64,000 nt of DNA from a bacterium (GTDB lineage Bacteria; Patescibacteriota; Patescibacteriia; Patescibacteriales; XYC2-FULL-47-12). The translations under genes and the position numbers were made by a program. Location: positions 1 through 64,000 of the forward strand of contig JAUYLZ010000022.1 in assembly GCA_030698385.1 (NCBI GenBank), read 5' to 3'. Under the pieces are notes generated by a model that worked only from the letters and a program-made list of their open reading frames with translations, did no database searches and was not told the origin of the DNA. Shown here piece after piece: positions 28,607 to 39,348 of the stretch. Position 1 is the stretch's first letter; the number at the start of each line of letters is the position of its first letter.

Positions 28607-29051
28607 CTCTTATCCCCTCTTACGCTCCGAGGATACTGATGGTTTAGTCATCCATTGTTCAGATCCAAGGTTCCAGTCGGCATTCCGCCAGTTTATCAAA
28701 AATGAATTGGGCCTGAATAATCCTTGTTTAATTATTGTCCCCGGCGGCATTCATGATTTGGTATCGTTAGCGCGCCCTAAAGCCGCGCGCCAGCTAAAGG
28801 ACCAGCTGGAATTCATCATAAAAAATATGAGGGTAAAACGCATTATCCTCATCAATCATGATGACTGCAGATGGTACGCCAAATGGAACGCGCTGGTGCC
28901 GGGAAAAATTGGCGATGAAATCGTCAATAACCTAGCCAAAGCGGCCGAAAAAATAATGGAGAAAAAATTCGGTCTGGAAATTGAAATTTATTTAGCAAAG
29001 ATTCAGGCTAACAATGTAATATTTGAACGCTTGGACACTCCGGCTAAATAA
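28599..29051 (+). CDS. Small protein with beta-carbonic-anhydrase-like zinc-site motifs (CSDPR ... HDDC)
   Basis: HCSDPRF (Cys-x-Asp-x-Arg) and INHDDCRW (His-x-x-Cys). Its start overlaps the flotillin stop by 8 nt. Paralogous to 29130-29552. Confidence 0.5.
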   Translation: MSSSYPLLRSEDTDGLVIHCSDPRFQSAFRQFIKNELGLNNPCLIIVPGGIHDLVSLARPKAARQLKDQLEFIIKNMRVKRIILINHDDCRWYAKWNALVPGKIGDEIVNNLAKAAEKIMEKKFGLEIEIYLAKIQANNVIFERLDTPAK

Positions 29052-29075
29052 AATCTTTTTGATTATTTAATTGCA

Positions 29076-29110
29076 AAAGCCCATCTACAGTTTAGATGGG
29101 CTTTTTTCTT
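29076..29110. terminator. Bidirectional intrinsic terminator hairpin
   Basis: AAAAGCCCATCTA-cagttt-TAGATGGGCTTTT followed by TTCTTT; shared by the convergent genes 28599-29051 and 29130-29552. Confidence 0.6.
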
Positions 29111-29129
29111 TGCTTAAAATAAAAAATTT

Positions 29130-29552
29130 TTATAATATCTCTTCAAATTCAATCTCGCGGCCGCTGTCATCCCGCAAATTCGCCCAAAAAAGCTTTACAT
29201 TCATGCTGGGATTTTTGGCTTTAATTATTTCCGCCGCTTTTTTCATGTCAGCGACTTGTTTGGCTTTTTCTGCCACCGCGTCCGCAAAAGTATACTCAGC
29301 CGCGTAGGCGCCGCATTGGCTGTGATGAAATAGCACCACGCAATGCGAATGGTGAAGCTTGGCGGAAAGCGCGATTTGGCCCAAAAGCATTTCGCCCGGT
29401 TCGCTGTCGTCGGCTATTACTTTCGCCGCGCCGGCGAGCGAAACCAAGTCGCAATCGCCGATGTAGCCCTGCGCCTCCATCCATTTATTCATCTCCCGCG
29501 TCAGGCGGAAATCCATACAGCGTACTAAAACATGCGTACATTGATGAGACAT
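29130..29552 (-). CDS. Small protein with complete beta-carbonic-anhydrase-like zinc-site motifs (CMDFR ... HHSQCG)
   Basis: VRCMDFRL (CxDxR) and FHHSQCGAY (HxxCG), spaced as in beta-CA. Sits 26 nt downstream of the antiporter gene on the same strand. Confidence 0.5.
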   Translation of the reverse strand: MSHQCTHVLVRCMDFRLTREMNKWMEAQGYIGDCDLVSLAGAAKVIADDSEPGEMLLGQIALSAKLHHSHCVVLFHHSQCGAYAAEYTFADAVAEKAKQVADMKKAAEIIKAKNPSMNVKLFWANLRDDSGREIEFEEIL

Positions 29553-29578
29553 ATTATATTTATATATTAAATAATGCG

Positions 29579-31048
29579 TTAAGCTGTCGCTATTTTTTGC
29601 TTCTTTTCCATCTTATCCAGTCCGATTTTTAATAACGGCGGGGTAACTAATGTAGTCACAATAACCATAATGACAATCGCTGAAAAGGTCGCGTCATTAA
29701 CCACGCCCAAGCTTTTACCAATAGCGGCAAATATTAAACCAACCTCGCCGCGCGGAATCATGCCCAAACCAATGACCAGGCGCGAGTAACCTTTATTAAC
29801 TACCAGTCCACAAACCTGCTTGCCGATGACGGCGGCAATAGTGAGTCCGGCCGCGACACCAAGCACTTTAACGTCAGTGAATGTCTCCAGTTTAACCTGA
29901 ATGCCCATCAGCACAAAGAAAATTGGCACTAAAAAGGCGGCAATCGGCTGAATCAAGTTTTCAATATGAAACTCGGGAATAATTTTGCCATGATGATCTT
30001 TGCGCGTAAATAATTTAAAATGCACATCATCTAAAATCAGACCGGCGGCAAAAGCGCCGACGATTGTCGCCAAACCAATGGCATTTGCCGCCCAAGCTAA
30101 AATAAAAGCAAAAATCAGCGCGGAAATAACCTTCATGCCTTCAACCTGCATTCGCGCCAGCTTCTTGCCAACCCAAGGAGCAGTATAGGTGCCTATCACA
30201 ATTGAGCCAATAAGGAATACAACCGACTTGAGAGTTATCGCGCCGACTGATATTAGTGATACCGCACCAGTAGTGATAATACCGCTGACTACCGCTAAAA
30301 CTATTAAACCCATAATGTCGTCAATAACCGCCGCGCCTAAGATAATTTTAGCTTCCGGCAGCTGCAGTTTGCCCAAGTCTTTAAACACCCGCGCGGTAAT
30401 ACCGACTGAGGTGGCGGTCAATGTCGCGCCGATAAACAAGTGAACATTCAGCGCAGCTTCCGGAAAAAAGAATTTTGAAACAAAAAATCCGAGAACAAAA
30501 GGCGCGATAACGCCAACAGTCGCGACTAGCAGTGACGGCACGCCGACCTTCATCATTTCTTTAATATTTGATTCCAATCCAACCATGAAGAGCAGAATAA
30601 TTACGCCGATTCTGGATAAAATATCTATATGAATATCACTGGCAATCGGTATAAACCAAGTAATGCCGATGAGATGTAAATTACCGACCAGCACGCCAAA
30701 AATAAGTTCGCCCAAAACAGCCGGCTGGTTGAATTTTTCAAAAATTTCGCCGCCAATTTTTGCAGCCAGTAAAATTACTATAATCCATAATAAAACTGAT
30801 GCCACCGGATCAACATGGCCTGCTCCTTCAGTTCCAGCTTCATGCTCTCCCGCTGTTACCGAATCAATTTCTACAGCCGAGCCATTGTCATAGACGGCTG
30901 GCTCAGGACTTGCGTCAACTACCGCCGGACTTAAAATAAGAGTTGATATAACTGCGAATGTTAATAAATATTTCCTTACTTTTTTCATATAGTATATAAA
31001 AAATAAAATAATAAAAATCCTACTTCTTAATTGAAGTAAAATTATCAT
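29579..31048 (-). CDS. Cation:proton antiporter (CPA/KefB-NhaP-like) with N-terminal signal peptide
   Basis: Signal-like N-terminus, ~11 TM helices, and an LGELIFGVLVGN motif typical of the Na+/H+ exchanger family. Confidence 0.75.
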   Translation of the reverse strand: MIILLQLRSRIFIILFFIYYMKKVRKYLLTFAVISTLILSPAVVDASPEPAVYDNGSAVEIDSVTAGEHEAGTEGAGHVDPVASVLLWIIVILLAAKIGGEIFEKFNQPAVLGELIFGVLVGNLHLIGITWFIPIASDIHIDILSRIGVIILLFMVGLESNIKEMMKVGVPSLLVATVGVIAPFVLGFFVSKFFFPEAALNVHLFIGATLTATSVGITARVFKDLGKLQLPEAKIILGAAVIDDIMGLIVLAVVSGIITTGAVSLISVGAITLKSVVFLIGSIVIGTYTAPWVGKKLARMQVEGMKVISALIFAFILAWAANAIGLATIVGAFAAGLILDDVHFKLFTRKDHHGKIIPEFHIENLIQPIAAFLVPIFFVLMGIQVKLETFTDVKVLGVAAGLTIAAVIGKQVCGLVVNKGYSRLVIGLGMIPRGEVGLIFAAIGKSLGVVNDATFSAIVIMVIVTTLVTPPLLKIGLDKMEKKQKIATA

Positions 31049-31053
31049 GTTAA

Positions 31054-31479
31054 TTAGGTAGTATGACTGCCTCTTCCGCGATGCCTTCTTACCGCTTTTA
31101 CTCTCGCCATTTCTTTAGCGATCTTTGCCTGAATAGCTGTAAAGTCAACGTGTTCTTTTTTCTCAAGCATTGTTTCTTGCGCGCGAGTTCTTGCCTCTTC
31201 GGCGCGCGCCTCGTCAATATCCGCCGCGCGTTCAGCCGTATCAGCCAAAATCACAACTTTGGTCGGCAATACTTCAATAAACCCACCGGAAACAGCCATA
31301 GTTTCGATTTGTTTATTAGGCATAACAATTTCGATAACTCCCGCTTGCAAACTGGCGATCAGAGGAATATGGTGCGGCAACACAGTAATTTCACCCTGCT
31401 TGGTCGGCACGGTTAACTGGAGCACTTCTTGTTTAAGAACTACGCGTTCAGGTGTTACGATTTCAAAATGTAATAACAT
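31054..31479 (-). CDS. atpC: F1 ATP synthase epsilon subunit
   Basis: MLLHFEIVTPERVV...LPHHIPLIA pattern. Confidence 0.85.
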   Translation of the reverse strand: MLLHFEIVTPERVVLKQEVLQLTVPTKQGEITVLPHHIPLIASLQAGVIEIVMPNKQIETMAVSGGFIEVLPTKVVILADTAERAADIDEARAEEARTRAQETMLEKKEHVDFTAIQAKIAKEMARVKAVRRHRGRGSHTT

Positions 31480-31490
31480 AATGCTAATCT

Positions 31491-31570
31491 ACAAATGACA
31501 TGCAAATTCCTCAAATTAATTCGCATGCAAATGTTGCATTGGCAGCATTTGCATGATAATTTACGGCATT
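31491..31570. repeat. Intercistronic palindromic element containing ATGCAAAT-TCCTCAAATT and a 10-bp hairpin CATGCAAATG/CATTTGCATG (between atpD and atpC)
   Basis: ATGCAAATTCCTCAAATT at 31499-31516; hairpin gcATGCAAATGttgcattggcagCATTTGCATGa at 31523-31557. Confidence 0.7.
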
Positions 31571-31588
31571 TACATTATAAATTTTTTT

Positions 31589-32989
<1,401 letters not shown>

Positions 32990-33065
32990 TCATAAATTTA
33001 TGGCTACTAGTGATTATAACTAATCTACATAAATTAATTACTAATTCGCGCAAATCACAAAAATT

Positions 33066-34040
33066 TTAATGACTTTCCAGAGCTTGCGCGCCACCGGCGA
33101 TTTCGGCAATTTCGGAGGTAATCGCCGCCTGTCGCGCTTTGTTATATGTTAATGTCAAATCGTCAATCATATCAGAAGCCGCATCAGTCGCGTTGCGCAT
33201 GGCCATCATGCGCGCGCTGTGTTCCGAAGCGTTTGACTCAAGCAACGCCTGAAACATCTGTATTTCAACCAAACGCGGAATCATTTCGTCCAGCACCTCG
33301 CGCGGGGACGGTTCAAAAATATACTCACGGTTTTCAAAATGCTTTTTTTGCTTTTCAGACACAACTTCAGGACTCATCGCCGCTCCTTCATGAAAACGCG
33401 GCGTCGATGCCTCGCCTGCTTGCGAGCCGATAACACCCAAATATTCATCTTTTTGACTTATATCAATCGGCAGAAGCTGTTTCACGCGCGGTACTTGTTT
33501 TACCGTGGAAATAAAATCAGTATAGGCTAACATTACTTTATCATATTTACCAGATAAATAATCATTGATAACCAAACGCGCGGTTGGTATTACTTCCTCA
33601 ACTTCATTGGTAACGTCCGGTTTTTCAAACTCTGCCGCCAAATTATAGCCATAGCGATAATTAATCGCCGCGCCCTTTTTACCGAGGATGATACAGTCTG
33701 TTTCAACATCACTGTGCAGTTTAATAGAATTGACGGCCTTACTAATTATATTCGCGTTAAAGCCGCCGCACAGACCTCGGTTTGAAGTTATTAAAATTAT
33801 AGCGACTTTTTTCACTTCTTTTCGGGGATTTAGTAAAGTATGCAAATTTTCATTTCTATCAGCGACTTCGGCCAAATTTAACACTGTCAGCCAGCTCAAA
33901 TTCGCGTAGCTTCTGGTAGCCAGCACCGCCTCAATGGCCCGGCGCATTTTTGCAGCCGAAACCAACTCCATCGCTTGGGTAATTTTCTTGGTGTTTTTTA
34001 CCGATTTAATTCTTCGGATTATATCTCGTGTGCTTGCCAT
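33066..34040 (-). CDS. atpG: F1 ATP synthase gamma subunit
   Basis: N-terminus MASTRDIIRRIKSVKNTKKITQAMELVSAAKMR and gamma C-terminal helix. Confidence 0.9.
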   Translation of the reverse strand: MASTRDIIRRIKSVKNTKKITQAMELVSAAKMRRAIEAVLATRSYANLSWLTVLNLAEVADRNENLHTLLNPRKEVKKVAIILITSNRGLCGGFNANIISKAVNSIKLHSDVETDCIILGKKGAAINYRYGYNLAAEFEKPDVTNEVEEVIPTARLVINDYLSGKYDKVMLAYTDFISTVKQVPRVKQLLPIDISQKDEYLGVIGSQAGEASTPRFHEGAAMSPEVVSEKQKKHFENREYIFEPSPREVLDEMIPRLVEIQMFQALLESNASEHSARMMAMRNATDAASDMIDDLTLTYNKARQAAITSEIAEIAGGAQALESH

Positions 34041-34043
34041 ATA

Positions 34044-34283
34044 TTATTTAATTTTTCTCCTTAATTCTTCATATTCTTCTACGGACATATCAAGATCTTT
34101 TAATATTTCTTTTAAGAGGCCAATGCCAAGATCTTCATTGTCATGTACCGGAACAGTAGTTGTGCGCTTACTTTCATGATTGATAAAAAAATGATGGCTG
34201 CCTTTGGAACGAAGCAAAACAAAACCTAAATGCTTTAAAATTTTTATCATCTTCTTAGCAGAGATAATGTTTAATTTTGACAT
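34044..34283 (-). CDS. hicA: HicA-family toxin (mRNA interferase)
   Basis: KMIKILKHLGFVLLRSKGSHHFF...TTTVPVH matches the YcfA/HicA pattern. Confidence 0.7.
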   Translation of the reverse strand: MSKLNIISAKKMIKILKHLGFVLLRSKGSHHFFINHESKRTTTVPVHDNEDLGIGLLKEILKDLDMSVEEYEELRRKIK

Positions 34284-34285
34284 AG

Positions 34286-34525
34286 CTATCTGCTAAATTG
34301 AAGCTGTTGTATGCCGACAAACTGATTTTGCGGAATATTTGCCTCAAAGAATTTCTCGTCCACATCTAAACAAAGCCCGACTACCTCGTTCAGCCGCCGA
34401 TACAACTCCGGCAATGTTTTTGCCTGCGTATAACAACTGCGCAAAGCCGGCACCCGGCCAAGATAATAACCGCTATCATCTTTTTCAATAATCACCGAAA
34501 AATTATAAATTTTTCTTTTTTTCAT
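34286..34525 (-). CDS. hicB: HicB-family antitoxin (UPF0150)
   Basis: YNFSVIIEKDDSGYYLGRVPALRSCYTQAKTLPE matches the HicB N-domain pattern; 2 nt from hicA. Confidence 0.65.
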   Translation of the reverse strand: MKKRKIYNFSVIIEKDDSGYYLGRVPALRSCYTQAKTLPELYRRLNEVVGLCLDVDEKFFEANIPQNQFVGIQQLQFSR

Positions 34526-34874
34526 ATAAAAAACTTGAATTTTTTATTAGTATTTTACAAAATAAAGGTTCAGCTTTGGGAGAGGGGATAGATTGGATAA
34601 TGCGAAAAATTCCTTCGGTGTTAGCGCAATCGGTTTCACGCATTTTCCCATCTTCAGCCGGCATTTTTAACTGTTCCCAAATTGGGAACGGTTGAAAAAA
34701 TTCTTTATCTCTTTCTTTCATTTTTGCCCAATAAGTCTTGGGTTGAGGACTGTCAGTCAGCGCTTCAACTATATCAATAACGGAAAACCACCATTCTTTA
34801 TGATAAATAGTTTTTCTGATTCTTTTGCCTTTAAATAAAGTAATGCGGGTATTGCTATTTTTAGCGTTTTTCAT
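34503..34874 (-). CDS. Truncated Bro-N domain protein (N-terminal 123 aa paralog of the DinD-like gene at 55904-56731)
   Basis: Shares KEWWFSVIDIVEAL ... CANTEGIFRIIQSIPSPKAEP with the full-length copy (about 80 percent nt identity over the shared part). Overlaps hicB by 23 nt. Confidence 0.6.
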   Translation of the reverse strand: MKNAKNSNTRITLFKGKRIRKTIYHKEWWFSVIDIVEALTDSPQPKTYWAKMKERDKEFFQPFPIWEQLKMPAEDGKMRETDCANTEGIFRIIQSIPSPKAEPLFCKILIKNSSFLYEKKKNL

Positions 34875-34879
34875 ATTTT

Positions 34880-35005
34880 ATTCGCCTTTGGATATCTCTG
34901 GGTTGATGGCATTTGACAAAAATATTATTTTATTCACTAAACTTTGCCTTCTGGTTTTCTTGTTTTTTTGTTTTAATGTTCCCGTGTTTTTATGTTTTAA
35001 TGTTA
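34880..35005. repeat. Direct repeat TGTTTTAATGTT(c/a)CGTG x2 upstream of the Bro-N fragment / HicAB cassette
   Basis: 34965-35010: TTTTGTTTTAATGTTCCCGTGTTTTTATGTTTTAATGTTACGTG. Confidence 0.6.
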
Positions 35006-35009
35006 CGTG

Positions 35010-36539
35010 TTATGAGATCAAATAATCCAGTCCTGATTTAAAATCATTCACTCCTTTTTTCAGCTTCGCCGCCGCCTTATCTTCCAAGAGCCCGGTCTTT
35101 TCTATTTCAGCTAAAACTTCTTTTAAGTTGATGTCGGCGTACTCGTACAGACCTTTTTCAAACTCTTGAATTTTTTCAACCGGCACATCATCAAGCAATC
35201 CTTCGTTAACGGCATAAAAAATCAGCACCTGCTTGCTGACCTCAACCGGCTCGTACTGCCCTTGTTTGAATATTTCAGTTAATCTTTTGCCGCGTTCAAG
35301 TTTTTTCTTCGTGTCGTCGTCCAAATCAGAGCCGAACTGAGCAAAGGCCGCCAGCTCGCGGTACTGGGCGGCATCCAGCTTCATCTTGCCGGCGACTTTT
35401 TTCATCGCCTTCACCTGCGCGGCGCTCCCCACCCGGGACACGGAAATGCCGATATTCATCGCCGGCCTGATGCCTTGATAGAACAAATCGCCTTCTAAAA
35501 AAATCTGGCCGTCGGTAATGGAAATAACATTCGTTGGAATGTACGCGGATACGTCGCCGGCTTGCGTTTCAATAATTGGCAAAGCTGTCAGCGAACCGCC
35601 GCCATAATCTTTATTTAATTTTGCCGCGCGCTCCAAAAGGCGCGAATGCAGGTAGAACACGTCGCCCGGGTACGCCTCGCGTCCCGGCGGACGGCGCAAG
35701 AGCAGTGACATCTGCCGGTAGGCAACCGCATGCTTGCTCAAATCATCATAAATAACAATAACATCCTCGCCCTTGTCCATAAAGTATTCGCCCATGGCGC
35801 AACCGGTATAAGGAGAAATGTAAGCTAGGGCGGCCGGATCAGACGCGCCAGCGACTACGATAGTTGTGTACTCCATAGCGCCATTTTTTTCCAGTTCAGT
35901 CACAATTCGGGCAACTTTACTCTCTCTTTGCCCAATCGCTACGTAAAAACATTTTATACCTTTGCCTTTTTGATTGATAATGGTGTCAATGGCAATCGCT
36001 GTTTTGCCGGTCTGGCGGTCGCCAATGATAAGTTCGCGCTGTCCGCGGCCGATTGGAATCATCGCGTCAATTGCTTTTAACCCGGTCTGGATCGGCTGGT
36101 TGACCGAAGCGCGAGTGATAACTCCCGGAGCGATTTTTTCAACTGGATAAAATTTATCAGCTTTGATCTCGCCTTTGCCGTCAATTGGTTGGCCCAAAGC
36201 ATTTACTACGCGCCCGACTACCGCTTCGCCAACCGGCACTTCGAGAATTCTCCCCGTGCTTTTTACCGTATCGCCTTCTTTTATTTTCAAATAATCACCA
36301 AGAATTACAGCGCCAACGCTGTCTTCTTCAAGATTTAGCGCCACGCCATATATCACCTCTCCGGCCGAGACCTCAAAAGCAAGCATCTCGCTTGACAGCG
36401 CGTCCGAGAGTCCTGATACGCGCGCAATGCCGTCGCCGACCTCGGCCACTGTGCCAATTTTTTCAACCGCCACATCAGTAGAAAAATCATTTATTTGCTG
36501 TTTGAGTTGTTCAATTATGAAATCTTTTGAGTTTGCCAT
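35010..36539 (-). CDS. atpA: F1 ATP synthase alpha subunit
   Basis: [11 protein letters not shown] Walker A and alpha-specific C-terminal domain. Confidence 0.95.
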   Translation of the reverse strand: MANSKDFIIEQLKQQINDFSTDVAVEKIGTVAEVGDGIARVSGLSDALSSEMLAFEVSAGEVIYGVALNLEEDSVGAVILGDYLKIKEGDTVKSTGRILEVPVGEAVVGRVVNALGQPIDGKGEIKADKFYPVEKIAPGVITRASVNQPIQTGLKAIDAMIPIGRGQRELIIGDRQTGKTAIAIDTIINQKGKGIKCFYVAIGQRESKVARIVTELEKNGAMEYTTIVVAGASDPAALAYISPYTGCAMGEYFMDKGEDVIVIYDDLSKHAVAYRQMSLLLRRPPGREAYPGDVFYLHSRLLERAAKLNKDYGGGSLTALPIIETQAGDVSAYIPTNVISITDGQIFLEGDLFYQGIRPAMNIGISVSRVGSAAQVKAMKKVAGKMKLDAAQYRELAAFAQFGSDLDDDTKKKLERGKRLTEIFKQGQYEPVEVSKQVLIFYAVNEGLLDDVPVEKIQEFEKGLYEYADINLKEVLAEIEKTGLLEDKAAAKLKKGVNDFKSGLDYLIS

Positions 36540-36609
36540 ATTTTTGTCATTGCGAGGAGCGAAGCGAGGCGAGCAATCCCGTTTTTAACGCGACGTTCTC
36601 TCATTAGAG

Positions 36610-37023
36610 TTAACTAACTAACTTATTTTTTAAAATTTGTAATTTATTCTTAATGCTTGCGTCAATAATGGTATAACCGAATTTTGCTATAAATCCACCG
36701 ATAATTTTTTCATCAATTTTATTATCGGCTTTAATTTCTTTGATATTTAAATTCTGCTTCAAACTCTGCTTAATTTTTTCTATCACCTCATCATCCAAAG
36801 CTTTGGCGCTGACAATTTTACCTTCAACAATTCCTTTTTCAAAATTCCATATATTCACAAACTCCTTGATAACCAGCTTGCTCTTTGTTAGCATCTGGCG
36901 CGCCGCCAAAAGCTTGGTGAAATTTTTTATCACAATCTTAATATCGCCGTCAGTTTCTGCCTGACTGACAACTTCATAAAAACTACGCGCGTATTGTTTC
37001 GGTGTGATTTTCATACTTCGCAT
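36610..37023 (-). CDS. atpH: ATP synthase delta (OSCP) subunit, short form
   Basis: Position between atpF and atpA; helical OSCP-like profile; 137 aa. Confidence 0.65.
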   Translation of the reverse strand: MRSMKITPKQYARSFYEVVSQAETDGDIKIVIKNFTKLLAARQMLTKSKLVIKEFVNIWNFEKGIVEGKIVSAKALDDEVIEKIKQSLKQNLNIKEIKADNKIDEKIIGGFIAKFGYTIIDASIKNKLQILKNKLVS

Positions 37024-37029
37024 TGAATT

Positions 37030-37524
37030 TTAAACCTCTTTAATAATCTTTTCAATAAAATTCTTATCCAAGCCGCTGTCTAACTTTTGCGCTAATACTT
37101 TTTCGACCGCCGCTACTACCAGCTCGCCAGTCTCCGCTTTTATCTGCGCGGTAATTAACTTTTTTTCGTTCTCCAAATCTTGTTTGGTCTTGGCAACAAT
37201 GGCGCTGATTTCTTCTTTGGCCTTAACCATCATCTCTGCCTTGCGCGCCTCCCCCTGCTTGTTTACTTCAGCTAAAATTATACTCGCTTCTTGTTTGGCT
37301 TTTTTGATAATATCTTCTCTTTTACTTTGCGTATCGGCCAGTTCACTTTCGATTTTTTCCGCGTTTTTCAGACTATCATCGATTTTTTGCGAGCGCTCCT
37401 GCAGCACTTTCATCAGCGGTTTAATGCCAAAGTAGTAGAGCACCACAAAGACAATCGCAAAATTTACCACTTGCGCAACTAAGAGCTTAACATCTATATG
37501 AAATGTAGAAATGACTTCTCCCAT
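37030..37524 (-). CDS. atpF: ATP synthase Fo subunit b
   Basis: Single N-terminal TM followed by long charged coiled coil. Confidence 0.75.
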   Translation of the reverse strand: MGEVISTFHIDVKLLVAQVVNFAIVFVVLYYFGIKPLMKVLQERSQKIDDSLKNAEKIESELADTQSKREDIIKKAKQEASIILAEVNKQGEARKAEMMVKAKEEISAIVAKTKQDLENEKKLITAQIKAETGELVVAAVEKVLAQKLDSGLDKNFIEKIIKEV

Positions 37525-37593
37525 AAAAATAATTTTAATAAGTTTACTATGAGAGTCTAATGCTTGCGCATCAAACTCCCATCTGTAAAACTA

Positions 37594-37830
<237 letters not shown>

Positions 37831-37860
37831 TTACTATCGACTATGTTTTATTTATTTAAA

Positions 37861-38011
37861 GTCGGTTTGAGACGTAAGGTTAGTAATTAATTTTCAACTG
37901 CCAATTTTCAATTTTCAATAAATAATTAATTTTCAATAACTAGTTTCTAAAGGTTAAAAAATTAATAATTGAAAATTGACTGAAAATTGTAAATTGATCA
38001 TTGAAAATTTA
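37861..38011. repeat. AT-rich TTGAAAAT/AATTTTCAA repeat tract between atpB and atpE
   Basis: At least seven copies of ATTTTCAA or its complement; shares GACTGAAAATT and AAATTGATCATT with the 59211-59330 element. Confidence 0.6.
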
Positions 38012-38893
38012 CTAATGTTCTTCGCCGGTATTAATCGTCAAAAACGCCAGTGTCAACATCGCAAAAATCAAAGCTTGAATCACTCCAACAATTATTTCCA
38101 AAAACATAAACGGAATCGGCACCAGCCAAGCAATCATCGCGGACATTGAAGCGAGCAGAACTTCACCGGCGAAAATGTTACCGAATAAACGAAAAGAAAG
38201 TGACGCGACCTTGGCAATTTCACCGACAATTTCCACCAGTCCCACAAACGCTTTGATTGGATTGACCAAAATTATGGTTGGCTCTTTCATAATCTTTTTT
38301 GGTATTTCCAGAAATGCTTCAATATTAATAAACTTATTCAAATACTTCCAGGCGCCGAGTTTAAAAATGCCAAATAAGTGCGAAGCCGCCACCGCGATTA
38401 GCGCCAAAGCTAAAGTTGTGTTCAAATCAGCAGTGCCGCCGCGAAAAAATGGTATCAAAACCTGTTCGCCGTGTTCGGAAACAACTTGTCCAACCGTGCC
38501 CACTCCGGGCAAAAGGCCAAACCAATTATTTAATAGTATAAAAATAAAAAAAGTAAACACCAAGGGAAAAAACTGCAATGATTTTTTGTGATCGCCGGTG
38601 ACTGAATCAAATGTTTCCAAAAACCATTCAAAAATCATCTCAAAGATTCCCTGAATTTTTCCCGGAATTTTTTTAATGCTTAATTTTAAAGTAGCAAAAA
38701 TAATAATTATCAGCAAAACCACCATCCAGCTGACCAATAACGAATTAGTAACCGCGAATCCGCCAATATTGAAAAGCGGTTCGGCAAAAAGTGTTTGCTC
38801 ATGCTTAACTTCAACTAAAACATTCTGCGAATCGTTATTTGTCTTATTTATATTTATTTCTTGGTTGCTTTCATTCATGATTTTAATTTTCAA
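38012..38893 (-). CDS. atpB: ATP synthase Fo subunit a
   Basis: Polytopic membrane protein with conserved Arg-containing penultimate helix (LSFRLFGNIFAGE). Confidence 0.85.
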   Translation of the reverse strand: MKIKIMNESNQEININKTNNDSQNVLVEVKHEQTLFAEPLFNIGGFAVTNSLLVSWMVVLLIIIIFATLKLSIKKIPGKIQGIFEMIFEWFLETFDSVTGDHKKSLQFFPLVFTFFIFILLNNWFGLLPGVGTVGQVVSEHGEQVLIPFFRGGTADLNTTLALALIAVAASHLFGIFKLGAWKYLNKFINIEAFLEIPKKIMKEPTIILVNPIKAFVGLVEIVGEIAKVASLSFRLFGNIFAGEVLLASMSAMIAWLVPIPFMFLEIIVGVIQALIFAMLTLAFLTINTGEEH

Positions 38894-38940
38894 TTCTCAA
38901 TCCCGAGTGCTCGGGATTGAAAATTGTAAATTGTAAATTA
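38881..38940. repeat. GC palindrome AATCCCGAGTGCTCGGGATT with GAAAAT-repeat flank, just upstream of the atpB start
   Basis: Perfect 9-bp inverted repeat at 38901-38922 embedded in an AT-rich GAAAAT/TGTAAAT context. Confidence 0.7.
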
Positions 38941-39198
38941 TTTTTTATTGTACTTATCCATTTCCTTAAATGAATCTCTTACCAGACCAAACATGGATAT
39001 GGCAAAAGCTATGCCTACAGTTAACAAAAAAAGCCATGGTTCTGTATCATAACGCCGGTCCAACCATTTCCCCAGATATATCGCCAGAACTACCGGTCCG
39101 ATTATCCAACCGGACAGGCGCGTAAACATAAGTAGCGCCGGTTGCCACCAGGCGGCGACATCTTCTTCTTTTTTTTGTTTATCTTCGCTAATTTGCAT
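38938..39198 (-). CDS. AtpI/AtpZ-like small membrane protein
   Basis: Two TM helices; first gene of the atp operon. Confidence 0.5.
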   Translation of the reverse strand: MQISEDKQKKEEDVAAWWQPALLMFTRLSGWIIGPVVLAIYLGKWLDRRYDTEPWLFLLTVGIAFAISMFGLVRDSFKEMDKYNKK

Positions 39199-39348
39199 AT
39201 GCCTCCTTATTCACAACTAACCCTAATTTTTTTAATTATTTCATTATAATGTAATGCTAGCTAACAGTCAATTGACAAAATATAGTAATATTATTATAAT
39301 TATAACTGAAAAAATTAAAATGAGAAAGTCTGACAAAAAACCGCTTGA

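Noticed and set aside
34503-35009. Prophage call because of Bro-N domain and TA genes
   Set aside because: No integrase, capsid, terminase or other phage structural genes are anywhere in the window, and only isolated Bro-N/DinD-like genes are present. It is treated as a small cassette rather than a prophage.
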